Assembly (NCBI RefSeq): GCF_001194135.2
Contig: NC_068982.1
Span: forward strand, 180,936,902-180,990,536
Direction of reading: 5' to 3'
Length of the DNA stretch: 53,635 bases
DNA from: Octopus bimaculoides
Taxonomy: Eukaryota
The position numbers and the translations under genes are program-made. Under the pieces are notes generated by a model. The model had not been told where the DNA came from, did not search any database, and worked only from the letters and a program-made list of their open reading frames with translations. Below are positions 12,489-26,299 of the stretch, one piece after another; within the stretch, counting starts at the first letter, position 1; each line of letters starts with the position of its first letter.

Positions 12489-13367
12489 TGTGTGTGCGTG
12501 CGCGTGTTTTTTGTGTGTATTAATATTTTCACCAATGAAGTTCATAGAAACAGATGAGGTTTTGATTATTAGGAACGGAACCAGATTTTGGTGTGTATTA
12601 GTATAGTTGTATCGAGGATTTTCTTGCCAACATTCCAAGTATATTTATAAGGAGAAGTGATCACAATCATCTGTCAATTGGTAACAGAGAATGACGTCTG
12701 ATTTTCTTATACATAATATAGAAATAAATTTTGTACCAGTCATATTTCGTGTAAATTTCATTCCTTTTCTTATGGGATTCTGGTAGCATAGTTCAAATTT
12801 CGCCTTCTCTAGATGGGATACTTAAACTTGTTATTTGCTTGTCGATGTGATCGAAAGGGAGATATTTCGACTTCAGTTAAAATTTAGCACTCTAAATTAC
12901 ATTTGTGAAATACACATTTCACTGTCAATTTTATTAACCTTCGATCTAAAACACAGTGTGACGGATTTAATGAAATTAAAGATTAGTGTTCTTTCATGTT
13001 ACTGCTTTAATTTGTCATCTGTTGACGCATGTATAGATAACTTTACATCACAATGGTACATCAGCTTACGGACAATATTCCGATTTTAAAGGTATGCAGT
13101 ACAAAGTAACGTTACTAAAATTTTCACGCAAATCTCAAGATGCATGTCAATAAGGAAATGAAATAAAGATGTGTTCATTTGATATTCATTCACATTATGA
13201 TTTACATCAGTCGCGAGATAATTGTATGTGCCTACTTTTATGGTAAAATGTAGAAACCAAATATTCTACTCGATAAAAACTAGTTGGAAAATGAAACATG
13301 CCTGTGGTTTCATGCAACATTCATCCTTTAAAAATATTAGCGTTCGCTTCCGCAAGGTGAGCTTTAC

Positions 13368-13411
<44 letters not shown>

Positions 13412-14489
13412 ACACACACACACACATACACATACACACATACACACACACACATGCACCCGTAAAGACACACACATACACAAACATTCACAGATGCACA
13501 CACACAGAGAAAAACATTTTACTGGATAGTTTACGAACGGAGTTTCCGCATGAAAAAAAGTCTTACTATATAAATTCTAGATATTGTTGTTTCGAGATGA
13601 TTTGCTCGAAAAAGAAAATTATAATTTCAAATAGGCTTCGCGGCAGTTTAAACTTTAAAGTAGACTCTCCTATTCATTTATATTTCATATAATGGAAGAA
13701 GAAAATTAGTCTATATAACAATGTTGCCACTGTCATTTCTGAGACAAGGNNNNNNNNNNNNNNNNNNNNNNNNNNNNNNNNNNNNNNNNNNNNNNNNNNN
13801 NNNNNNNNNNNNNNNNNNNNNNNNNNNNNNNNNNNNNNNNNNNNNNNNNNNNNNNNNNNNNNNNNNNNNNNNNNNNNNNNNNNNNNNNNNNNNNNNNNNN
13901 NNNNNNNNNNNNNNNNNNNNNNNNNNNNNNNNNNNNNNNNNNNNNNNNNNNNNNNNNNNNNNNNNNNNNNNNNNNNNNNNNNNNNNNNNNNNNNNNNNNN
14001 NNNNNNNNNNNNNNNNNNNNNNNNNNNNNNNNNNNNNNNNNNNNNNNNNNNNNNNNNNNNNNNNNNNNNNNNNNNNNNNNNNNNNNNNNNNNNNNNNNNN
14101 NNNNNNNNNNNNNNNNNNNNNNNNNNNNNNNNNNNNNNNNNNNNNNNNNNNNNNNNNNNNNNNNNNNNNNNNNNNNNNNNNNNNNNNNNNNNNNNNNNNN
14201 NNNNNNNNNNNNNNNNNNNNNNNNNNNNNNNNNNNNNNNNNNNNNNNNNNNNNNNNNNNNNNNNNNNNNNNNNNNNNNNNNNNNNNNNNNNNNNNNNNNN
14301 NNNNNNNNNNNNNNNNNNNNNNNNNNNNNNNNNNNNNNNNNNNNNNNNNNNNNNNNNNNNNNNNNNNNNNNNNNNNNNNNNNNNNNNNNNNNNNNNNNNN
14401 NNNNNNNNNNNNNNNNNNNNNNNNNNNNNNNNNNNNNNNNNNNNNNNNNNNNNNNNNNNNNNNNNNNNNNNNNNNCATTGTAGGATTTC

Positions 14490-15200
14490 ACGCAAGTGTA
14501 TAGATTCGTTTTGCTAGATTAATATGGAATGTTACTTGGAATGTATTTTGGATGATGTAATGTAAAAATAAGGTATTTTAGTGGGCCGTTGATTTAAAAA
14601 TATATAACTGTCTCAAATACTGTATTTTATTTGTTGTGATTAATATATCTAAAAAGTGTAGTTTATCGACCTTGAACTCTCTGTTAAACTGAACATGAGG
14701 GATTATGCTCTTGATAAGATTTTGGAACTGACGCAACCTGTCAACACTTCCCTCCAAAGAATGAAACGAACGACTAAAAATTTCAAGCTGTTTTCTTTGA
14801 AATAGGACCTGAATTCATCACGAAAGTTTGTCAAATGTTTGTACACATTTTTAGACCATGTTATCTCATGGTTAAGCTAGCATGATATCACCTTGATATG
14901 GGTTCAATGGTCTGGTAGTTCGTAATGATATAAGTCTAGCCAGCATTCTATTGCTTCGATTCAATAATTTTCTGGCATTTTACTGTATAGGTTTACAACA
15001 TCTAATGTGGCAATACCCGTAATTTCATTTACTGTATAAGAAAGAACGTTTATTGGGTAAGAGAACAAGGACAATGATTGCTAAATGAGAATAATTACTG
15101 TCCTCCACTTGTTAGCTCAGGTCATTAGATAAGTTTCTATATAATTCCACGTGGTAGGAAGACAATATAAAGTCAACACGTAGTCGACGTCAGAACTTGA
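14490..15200 (-). mobile_element. Penelope-like element (PLE) reverse transcriptase remnant
   Basis: Minus strand reads GIATLDVVNLYSKMPENY*IEAIECWLDLYHYELP (~15020-14910) and IKSIIPHVQFNREFKVDKLHFLDIL (~14715-14641), matching PLE RT motifs SFDV.SLYTNIP and LN..HP.I.FT.E....LPFLD. Confidence 0.85.
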
Positions 15201-17399
15201 TGACATCAGGTACTGATAACAATTTTAAGGAGACTTTTTCTGAAGGCGATGTTACCGATCTGGTAGTGTCATGAAACATATAAGCTTCACATTCATAGTT
15301 GTAAGATATAGTTTTAGTGGGTGCTGGTAAGCTAAGGTGATAACTGGAAGAAAATATTTTCACTTTTGTAAAACAGGAATTGTCTACCATGGAGTTTTAT
15401 ATGAGCAAGCTAAGGTAAACATTCAAGGCAAGGATTTGCTGTTCATTAATGTAGGATATCATTGCTGAATCTATCCTCAGGCTGTTGCAATCTGTGACGT
15501 TGCTCTGATGAATTAGTGAGAAGTTTCAGACTCCATGAGAGTAGATAGTATCAATGATGCCCCATGTAATACTGGGGGATATTTTAATTTTATTCTGTAA
15601 TAACGAGAAAAAGCTGAAGTGAGAGGTGCAATATTCCCTGCCCCTATACACGGAGGAAGGCAAATGGTGCGTGAATGTTTTACTTCAAGCATTAATCTCA
15701 TGCATTGTATGTTACTGATAACGCTATCGTCGTATCGTGATTAACTACGTGAATGCAGTCGGATTCGTAGCTGTTCATATGGATATAAAGAGTTTGTTAG
15801 AATTTTGTATGCATAGTATTCTTTTAATTAGGAGTATAATTTGGTATTCAGTACGTTGACTGTGGTTAATTTGGTAGTAAACGCTTTACTTATGTCGAAT
15901 GTACTTCCTTCTCTCATTCAACTATAGCCGTTCATATGGCTTCAGATTCGTGTTCAGTTTGAACTGTGGGATGAGATTAAGGTTTCTATTTTAACGATAT
16001 GCTGTATCAGTAATCCGACGATGCCAGTAACTTTGGCTACATGAAGAAGTGTGGTCGCGCTCTGATATCCAAGTCGCTGATTCAACTAAAAAATGTCTCG
16101 GAATTGAATGCTTTCATGTAGAGGGAATTCGATACATAAGGGAAGGAATTGACAGTATAAAAGTAGATAATTTTGCCGGCTGTTTTATTTTATATACCCC
16201 GAGTTGTTTTGGTAGCAGCAGCGTTTCAGACCTATCGTATCATACCTGTGGCTCTAAATAATGTCAGAGTCGACACCAACAAGTATAGGTTTAGAGATAG
16301 TGTTTGTTTTGCTATTAGAGTCATTGACTAGCTTGCATGTAGGTTTGGAGAGGAGACTTCAGTTTGGTTCTTAGAAGCTAGACAGAAGGCAGGCTTATCC
16401 AGGGTGTCCACATGGTCTGTCTTTAGGAGAGTAGTTAAATATTTTGTTTCGCTGTGAAAGTTGGCTTATGCATGCAGTAAGAAGTATTTGTGCATGGTGG
16501 AACTCTTTCTTAAGGTAGATTCTTTGTTTTCTCAACGAGGATCGGTAGATTGGTGGATTAAAGGAAGTGCAACATGTAATCAGTTAACAAATTTAGAAAT
16601 AGGTTACAATGAAGGCTACAGAAAACTGACCTTGTGTATGATGTTTATAAATTTCTGTTCCAAGTTGTTAACGTCCTTTATCTCGACAGAACATGCTTAT
16701 GATTTAAGACTTAATTTATCTGCAGATTTTCTAGTTCGTCTCTAATAAGTGGTCTACCCAGGAAATTGCTTCTGGTTTCTCAATAAGCCATGCCATGTTA
16801 AATCCTGTTTTGTTGATGGTATTTGGACCAATTGATATTGTTTCTACGACTTAAAGACTTTCTTCGCATATTGGTGTGTATACGTATAAATGTGTATGAT
16901 TTCCCTTTTGTTAATGAATCTGTATGTAATTGCAGCGAATATGTATAGCTAGAAGTAAGTATAATATCGATATGATGCGTTGAAGTTTTCTCAAGTATAA
17001 GCTGTATTAGTGGTGCTGTTGCTTGCGTCATATAGTTGTGTGCAAGTATTTATACACGTCTGATGGTAATGGCGTAAACAAATATTTGTGATAAGGCACT
17101 AATAAGCAGTTATAGATTTCCTTTGGTATACTGTTTTACTATTCTAAAATTGATATTATCAGACTTCCCAATAATTCAATAATTGACATTTAAGTTGTTT
17201 CATGTGTAGACAAATTTTAAAACAATAAATCAAAATGTAGTAAGTTTTGCGTAATTTATTCTCATTAATGGGAAGATACAAAACATTATCTGTCTTATCT
17301 TCATATAAAACCATTTTCGCACTCTCTCTCTCTCTCACGATATATGACTAATATTATTAGTACATACATTATTTATCTCAAAATATCATTGATTTTCGT

Positions 17400-18130
17400 C
17401 AAATAACATAGCCATCAGCAGCAGTATCTGAAATTCACCTTCATCAACATCGTTTCTTCTAGTCTCCTTCTCCTCTCTTCCTGTATCTTCTTTTTCATTC
17501 TCTTCTTTCTCCGCATCAACTGAACATTATTATCAGTACCACCTCCACTACCACCACAACTGTACCTCCGCCACCGCCGCTGCCGGCATCAACGTCGTCG
17601 TTGTCATCCTCATCCTCTCCTACCGCTCCCCTTCATCATCATCATCGTCGTCGTCGTCATTCTCCTCCTTAAGCTCCACCACCACCACGACAACAACATC
17701 ATCATCATCATCGTTAGTTTGTCCTTTATTACGCATGTGCATTCTTTGATTTGAACCTTTGTCGTACAAGAATATTTTCGAAGCGTTACCCACTATTCCC
17801 AAGGCCTTATTTTATTTGACTGTTTGTCCTTGTCCACAGTCCTAAATCAGCCTGTTGCTTGTTTTGTTTCGTTTTCTTTGCTCTTGTTCCTAACTCTATA
17901 CAAGAAAACTCGTTTTTGCGGACAGCGCCAACTGGGAAGCATTCAGTCTTATTGTTTATTAGCTATATACAGAGTCGAATCTGCAGGCAGACATTCAAAA
18001 GTCGGCATTTCAGAAACAAAACCACTTCATCTTCCAAATCCTCCTCCTCATTCTCCTTCACCACCACCACCACCACCATCACCACTTCCACCACCACCAC
18101 CACCACCATCACCACTTCCACCACCACCAN
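17400..18130. repeat. Cryptic trinucleotide low-complexity blocks (CAT/CAC/GTC/CCA) either side of a unique ~250-bp core
   Basis: Read directly; the poly-P, poly-T and poly-D ORFs arise from these tracts. The (CCA)n block runs into the gap at 18130. Confidence 0.9.
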
Positions 18131-18439
18131 NNNNNNNNNNNNNNNNNNNNNNNNNNNNNNNNNNNNNNNNNNNNNNNNNNNNNNNNNNNNNNNNNNNNNN
18201 NNNNNNNNNNNNNNNNNNNNNNNNNNNNNNNNNNNNNNNNNNNNNNNNNNNNNNNNNNNNNNNNNNNNNNNNNNNNNNNNNNNNNNNNNNNNNNNNNNNN
18301 NNNNNNNNNNNNNNNNNNNNNNNNNNNNNNNNNNNNNNNNNCCTCATCATCTACAGTAGCACTTACTGGTTTTCAGCTCCTTTTTTCCTTTCTTCATGCC
18401 CCTTTTTTTCGTCTTCCACATTCCTTCGCAGTCACTCAC

Positions 18440-18495
18440 CATATTTCGAAAGACAGACGCGTGCCACACATTCTAGAATGTTTCTGACTTGAACT
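18440..18495 (-). CDS. Candidate internal coding exon (56 nt) of an unidentified host gene
   Basis: Acceptor ctttttcaccattttatttattcAG, donor ATG|GTGAGT; open frame VQVRNILECVARVCLSKY. Protein family not recognised. Confidence 0.45.
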
Positions 18496-18914
18496 CTGAA
18501 TAAATAAAATGGTGAAAAAGATATATTTGTATGTGTGTGCTCACAATATAATTGGAACAACATTTATCCTTCGTGGGATCGTCCACTTCATCTTGTTTAA
18601 CGCTTAAAAAATCTCCTTGATTTTCATTATGTCTTTGTAATAGAGAAATAAAATAGATTATAATTAAAAAATAAATTAAGTTTTAAAATGCTAAAGGAAT
18701 GTTGCACCACTGAATACAACATTAACGTGCATTGACGTATGAATAATGTCTATTTACAACTCCATAAATAATTGTATATTTCTCTCGTAGGCAAAATATC
18801 TTTCGCTGTAAATATTGAGTATTTATTGAGATTTCATATCGATTTATAACTGTTTTTGTTAGTAACATTCAGATAACGCCTAAATATATGTAAAGTAATA
18901 TATGTTATATTCAC

Positions 18915-18956
18915 CTCCTATAGAGTAGCTCCTGCAGAGGTTTCGTGTTCTCTTCT
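18915..18956 (-). CDS. Candidate internal coding exon (42 nt, phase 2-2) upstream of the 18440-18495 exon
   Basis: Branch-like GCTAAT, acceptor gccAG, donor GAG|GTGAAT; reads EENTKPLQELLYR and joins in frame to the next exon across a 419-nt GT-AG intron. Confidence 0.35.
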
Positions 18957-20363
18957 CTGGCATAATGTTACATTAGCATCGTGAATATAAAATATTTTTC
19001 TGAAGCATTCAGTGGGCGGTTATTTAAATTGTTGCAGTTATGTTTCTTTTCCATCATGTTATTTTGTATTTAAGTTGCGTGTTGAATTCATTTTAAGAAC
19101 GTAAAAACACATATCTAGCTAACTTTCAGTTTGTATCTACTCGTATATTAGGGAGGGTGCTACTACTGCTATAAACATACACACACACACTCACACATAT
19201 ACATACAGACAAAAGAAAGAAAAAACACAAACCATTCACTATCAATAAACTGATCAAACAAAGGAACAACAGCAACTAAGAACGAAAGTAAACCAAGAAA
19301 TACTCACTAAACACACACAATCTGTAAGTAGTTCACAAGCATGGATCTAACTTTAATAATTACGACTCATAGTAAATTCATGGAGCTGTTCTGTTATATT
19401 TTAGATGTGATATCTAAAACATATTAAAACATATTATTAGGTATGCCATGTTGTTTTCATTGTTAAGCAATAATGCCATTATTTTGGGGTCAAATATATT
19501 TAGGGCTACATCATTCGATGTGTTATTTCACTTTTAAAACGACAGCGTTTGATTTTGGGGTGATTTAGCTGTTATATTTTGCAGATTGATCTATAAATAA
19601 ATGTACCGCCGTTTTGGAATTGAGTAGAATTTGTATATTTGTTTCTATAACCACAGTGGTTTGAACCAACTAATTTTCCTGTTTCTCATGTTGTAGTTGT
19701 CTCTCGAAAACTTTTTCAGCGTAAACGAGTCAAAAACGGAAAGAAAACCGTGATGCATTGTGTAGTAGTATATAGTTAAGTGATTTTCTATTCAGTGAAC
19801 ATGTCCAGGTAACTTACAGTTTTGACATGAGACGTTTGAGATCAAAATGACATATTGTAAATACATACGATGTTCTATGTACACCAATTTATTGAGCATA
19901 TCGGTTTTTTCCATTCCTAAAACCGTTAACTGAACACTTGTTTTATCAAGCCGATACGTTTACCCGAAAATAGTACCACCCAGTTATAGTACTTATAGCT
20001 ATAGATACACATGCATATATAGAAGAAATTGCGATAAAGAATGAAATTAAGAATTCTGATAATCCATTACGGTTTAGCATCCAACTGCGCGTGAAACATC
20101 CAATGCAAGGTTCCAAAGAGCGACTATAGCGAAACGTACGTAGAAACAAATGATATAAACTGTGTTTAAGGTAAACTCTCCAACATTTCATTTGTATATC
20201 ATAACTAATAATACTATTAAGTATAGAAGAGGCTAAATCACTACACTGGAAGTAAACTGCATCATGATAATCTACAACTAGCTCTAAACTCAACAGTAAC
20301 AGTCGAATATATAATTGTACGCAGAAGATATGCTACATACATTATAATATCTATATACGCTTA

Positions 20364-20538
<175 letters not shown>

Positions 20539-22256
20539 TCACACACACTTACCCCCCTCCCACACAGAAACACACATGCGCGCACACACGCATTTATACA
20601 TACATTCAGACACTTATATGTATAAAGATAGATATATTCATATATTAGTGGATATACAGGTGTGTTTATGTGCTTCTGTGTGTGCACAATTGCGAGTTAG
20701 CAACAACTGTAAATCACAGTTGTTAGATCTCAATTGTTATAATAAAATTGATATCCTGCTTACACACAATATCAATGTGAAAGTATTTCTGTCGCTGAAA
20801 TATTTTTATGTATTATTTTCTAACAGAGATTATATGTATCTTTTTTATATTTTTATTAATTAAAATAACTACATATATTTACAAAAATATCATGGGTATA
20901 AAATATTGTTGCAGACGATAATTTGTATTGTGATGCTATAAATCATGTTTAGCTGAAAGGCGGCAAATACTGTTTTTCTAATAAATGAATGGAATTATGA
21001 TTAAATATTCAATGTCTATAGAATTACATTTTTTTTAAAAAGCTATTCAACACAGATGAGATTAAATAATAAAGATCTGAACACTTTTTTCTGATAATTC
21101 CTGCATTGAAATTGTGAACGCTGAGAATGTGATCAATCAGGAACGTTTCTGAAATAACTTTAAGAAATCTAATTAAAATGGAATAGGGCAAATAATATAT
21201 TTGTGACAATTGTTATAATACACGTTATTAGCATTATATTTTCTTGTATATGAAAACTTTTGTAGAATAAAAAACAAAATAAAGCAAATAAATAAATAAA
21301 TAAACAAACAAACAAAAGAAAATGTAGTTGCATGAAAAATGATACACCTGCAGCATTCTTAAATATCTTTTATACTCAGCCAATCCTAGAAAATGAAATC
21401 ACTTGGTCATAGGTACAAAAGTGTCGGTCACAAAATGATTGAACGATAGAATTTTGTATCCACTGTCTATGAAAACAGTATATAATTATGACAGGGAATG
21501 TTTGAAACATGATAAAAGGGAACATAATGAGAGCAGATAAACAGGGAAACCGACGTAATGTGATGAAAATAAAAACAATTTTGATGTGTGGATAAATTTG
21601 ATTCAAGACGAGATGATTAGTTGTGTCTCTTCTATCTCCAGAAACCTTTTTCCTTTTCTCTTTCCATTTTCCTTCCTTTCTATTTTCCTTAATTTCCTTC
21701 CTCTGTTTCACTTCCTTAAACGAATTAAATGATTTATTGCCATGCATATTTACTTTGAGATAACATTCGCTATTCACTATCACGGTTTTAACCAAGATGG
21801 AAGGGTTAACTTGCATTATGTTCTTTTTATGTAGAAAATCCTAATTGTAAACTTTTACCTAAAGAAAACGGTTTTTTACATGATGTAATATTTTTGTTTA
21901 TCAATAAAGAACACGTTTGAAACATCTGTATTGAAATTCAACCCACCTATGCTATTGATTATCTGCACCACACTGCGAAACATTCTTGCGTTGGAGCTTG
22001 AGCCTGTGGTCGACGTGTTATATATGCACTTATGTGTGACTTTGCGTATAAGTTGTGCATTCGGTCAGAACTAGCGAATGTGTGCATAACTGGAGGAATA
22101 AATCCGAATGTACTTTAATAAACACGCGTGTGTCCCTACATATTGTTAGTTCATAGGTGCGCTATCCCAGATTCTACTTTGGTTCCTTTGCTATTTGAAT
22201 ATTTTGAATCTATCGGATCCTGAAAATTTTATTTGCATATATGCATGCATGTATTC

Positions 22257-22302
<46 letters not shown>

Positions 22303-22977
22303 NNNNNNNNNNNNNNNNNNNNNNNNNNNNNNNNNNNNNNNNNNNNNNNNNNNNNNNNNNNNNNNNNNNNNNNNNNNNNNNNNNNNNNNNNNNNNNNNNN
22401 NNNNNNNNNNNNNNNNNNNNNNNNNNNNNNNNNNNNNNNNNNNNNNNNNNNNNNNNNNNNNNNNNNNNNNNNNNNNNNNNNNNNNNNNNNNNNNNNNNNN
22501 NNNNNNNNNNNNNNNNNNNNNNNNNNNNNNNNNNNNNNNNNNNNNNNNNNNNNNNNNNNNNNNNNNNNNNNNNNNNNNNNNNNNNNNNNNNNNNNNNNNN
22601 NNNNNNNNNNNNNNNNNNNNNNNNNNNNNNNNNNNNNNNNNNNNNNNNNNNNNNNNNNNNNNNNNNNNNNNNNNNNNNNNNNNNNNNNNNNNNNNNNNNN
22701 NNNNNNNNNNNNNNNNNNNNNNNNNNNNNNNNNNNNNNNNNNNNNNNNNNNNNNNNNNNNNNNNNNNNNNNNNNNNNNNNNNNNNNNNNNNNNNNNNNNN
22801 NNNNNNNNNNNNNNNNNNNNNNNNNNNNNNNNNNNNNNNNNNNNNNNNNNNNNNNNNNNNNNNNNNNNNNNNNNNNNNNNNNNNNNNNNNNNNNNNNNNN
22901 NNNNNNNNNNNNNNNNNNNNNNNNNNNNNNNNNNNNNNNNNNNNNNNNNNNNNNNNNNNNNNNNNNNNNNNNNNNNN

Positions 22978-23030
<53 letters not shown>

Positions 23031-23267
23031 TTGTATGTATGCATTCACGTATGTAGGTAGTTATGTATGCATGCATGCAGGCTGGTTAAAACACTCTAAT
23101 CGCATGGAATGGTGCGGAGTAACGTATGACTATTTAATCCTAATGTATTTCATCCAATGTGTAAATCTCGAGTTCGATTCTTTAGTTTATAAACAGTTTA
23201 CTGAGTGTATATCCCCCAAAAATAATTCGTGTGAGGAGTAAGAATGTTATATCCACTACAGAGTTCA

Positions 23268-23395
23268 ACTGGTACTTATCTCATCACTCCGAAAGGATGA
23301 AAGGCAAAGTTGACCTCGGTGGATTTTGACCTCAGAACGTAAACACAATGCCGCTAAGCATTTGGTCCGTCGTGCTAACGGTTCTCTCAGCTCCC
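23268..23395 (-). mobile_element. SINE head fragment (same family as 30901-31130)
   Basis: ggtactta...ccgaaaggatgaaaggcaaagttgacctcggtggattttgacctcagaacgt...gctaagcattt...gtgctaacg is the reverse complement of the 30901 copy. Confidence 0.75.
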
Positions 23396-23399
23396 CATC

Positions 23400-23600
23400 C
23401 CAAACGTGTAAAGATGGTTTTTTCTGGTATCTGAGATGAAAGTTTGTCGGACGCCCTTTCAAGACCTCCACATCTGCAGTCATGAATCTCAGTTTGTTTG
23501 GCAGAAAGTTGAATATATTATACAATTTACTTTTCAAATTTTTCGGTTGCATTCTTTGAGACATAATAGTCTTCATTTTTTTCATATTACCTCATGTTAT
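23400..23600 (-). mobile_element. CR1-type LINE extreme 3' fragment, decayed
   Basis: Minus ORF reads IFNFLPNKLRFMTADVEVLKGRP...QKKP, similar to LFNALPKHLRD at ~9.1 kb and LFNIVPKQIKEENDSVSFKRSLDRFLQGIPDKP at ~47.2 kb. Confidence 0.55.
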
Positions 23601-24311
23601 TTACGAGGTATTTCCTACAAGCTCAGAAATCCTAGGATCCACTATACGTGAAATTTTATTCTGCTAGCATACAATGCAATTCCTAAAATTTAAGAGAAAA
23701 AACGTCTTGTCATACACTGCTTTAGGTGTATTTTTAATTTTTCTGTGCATTTTTCTCTAGGTTGAACACATGTAACAGTGTTTATTTGAAATTTATTAGA
23801 AAAATTGATACTGAAGAGATTAGCGTGTGTATATATATATATATNNNNNNNNNNNNNNNNNNNNNNNNNNNNNNNNNNNNNNNNNNNNNNNNNNNNNNNN
23901 NNNNNNNNNNNNNNNNNNNNNNNNNNNNNNNNNNNNNNNNNNNNNNNNNNNNNNNNNNNNNNNNNNNNNNNNNNNNNNNNNNNNNNNNNNNNNNNNNNNN
24001 NNNNNNNNNNNNNNNNNNNNNNNNNNNNNNNNNNNNNNNNNNNNNNNNNNNNNNNNNNNNNNNNNNNNNNNNNNNNNNNNNNNNNNNNNNNNNNNNNNNN
24101 NNNNNNNNNNNNNNNNNNNNNNNNNNNNNNNNNNNNNNNNNNNNNNNNNNNNNNNNNNNNNNNNNNNNNNNNNNNNNNNNNNNNNNNNNNNNNNNNNNNN
24201 NNNNNNNNNNNNNNNNNNNNNNNNNNNNNNNNNNNNNNNNNNNNNNNNNNNNNNNNNNNNNNNNNNNNNNNNNNNNNNNNNNNNNNNNNNNNNNNNNNNN
24301 NNNNNNNNNNN

Positions 24312-24369
<58 letters not shown>

Positions 24370-25181
24370 CGTGTGTGTGTGTATGTATGTATATATATGC
24401 TCACAAACAAAATAAGCACATGCATACATGGGGAAAGTAAGGGAGAGAGTGAGAGAGATGATTTTTAATGTATGTTCTCCTATACATTATGTATAACTAT
24501 CTATCTATTTGACAAAAGAACAGAAGTCCTTAATTTTAACTGACACAGAAGATATTCATTTACGCAATAGGAAAACATTTGAGCTTGTTCTGCACAATAC
24601 TCTCCAAATACCAATATAACCTGTATATACGCACTTATTAATATATTATGGTGTATAGCAGTACACACGTGTGCACCCGTACACGAAACATATATTCAAT
24701 ACCGGCATATGAAATGTAGCTGTCAGAAATATAATTATAATGAAGACATACACCTATGTATAACCGTATATATACAAAAATAAATCGTTGTAATATACTT
24801 AAACATTACCAGATCGGCAATCTTTATGTGTCATATAAAAATATTTCAAAATACTTTCGTATTGTAATGATTTGCGTATGAGAAATTTGTTACTACACCA
24901 TCATATATTTTCTATTGAAAGAAAAATATACTAAACATCTTTTTCTCAACAATATAGGTAGTAATTTACTTTTACAACCAGAAATAAAGGGAAGTCCTGC
25001 CTACATAACATGGTTACATAAAATTGGTGTTGCAATATCATAGTGTCATATAATATATATTAGTATGTGTGTGTGTGTGTGTGTTTGTGTGTGTTGGTGC
25101 GTGTGTGCGAGTGTATTTATATATATGTATATATATATATACATGTATGTATATCTATATATGTGTATATGTATATAGGTT

Positions 25182-25217
<36 letters not shown>

Positions 25218-26299
25218 CACGCACGCATGTGTAGACAAGCATTTACACATCTATGTCTTTCAACAAATTTAATTTTTCCATTTGAATTTTTTTGTTGATT
25301 TACTTTTTGCGTTCCTTAGGATGTCAGACATATATCTATTGCACTATTTCTAATGCATTGCACTGTTTGTGTGACACACATTAATATTATGCGTTGCTAA
25401 GCTTTGATTTACATCGTGAGGGCAGCCAATTATATATATATGCATACATTAACACACGCCCACACAAACATACGCACATACACAAATATACGCCCCTACA
25501 CATGCACATATATCTATATATGCATGTATGTATACACACTCACACTCAGACGCATATGAAAGCACACACACACACACACACACACGCACACACGCATATA
25601 TAGACGAACTGAAATATACGATGCCCCTCGGGTGTGCAGCAGGAAATTGAATTCTACGTTGCAATGTAATTGGATGAAATTATGGAAAAAAACTCCTGAA
25701 TAAACAATAGATTGTGTAACTCACGTAACTTGCTGTAATTTTCAGAAAATTTCTTCTGCTTTCATTTTCGAAACCGAAATTAATATTCAGCCAAAACTGA
25801 AATAAAGATATTCAGAAATTACATGTATTTAATCTCGTTTCTCCATTTTACTCTAAAACCGATACTTAATCGAAAATTCGAACCACAATTCTATATTCTA
25901 ATACTAAGCTCTAAACCTTCAGCTCTAAAAGATAACTAAACTTGTAATTTGAATACATGACTATGAAACCGAATTGTTATCTCGTATTTTTATAGCATAA
26001 TTTACAGAGAACAACTCAAAAAAGAAAATATCACGACTCGTTGCCTTCGCCACATTACCTATCTGAGCATTACGATTTTCATGTAACTTCATATGATTCA
26101 AATATCCTGCTTTTGAGAACAGAATACGATAAAATATAATACATATACGATGTTCACTGTTGATTACAGTTACAATTGTTTTTTTAGTCCTAACAGCACC
26201 TCTCCACTTATTCCGATCTACAGTATCATTTCCATATCTAGATATGTTCCTATCTAGTTTCTTCAGGTTTTCCTTCCCACAGTCTTTATACTTTTTCCT

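Noticed and set aside
21950-22090. Strong minus-strand acceptor (ttattcctccAG)
   Set aside because: All three frames stop before a good donor.
25760-26000. Degenerate ctaaa/ctcta repeats suggesting an interstitial telomere or MITE
   Set aside because: No true TTAGGG run and no TIR pair could be established.
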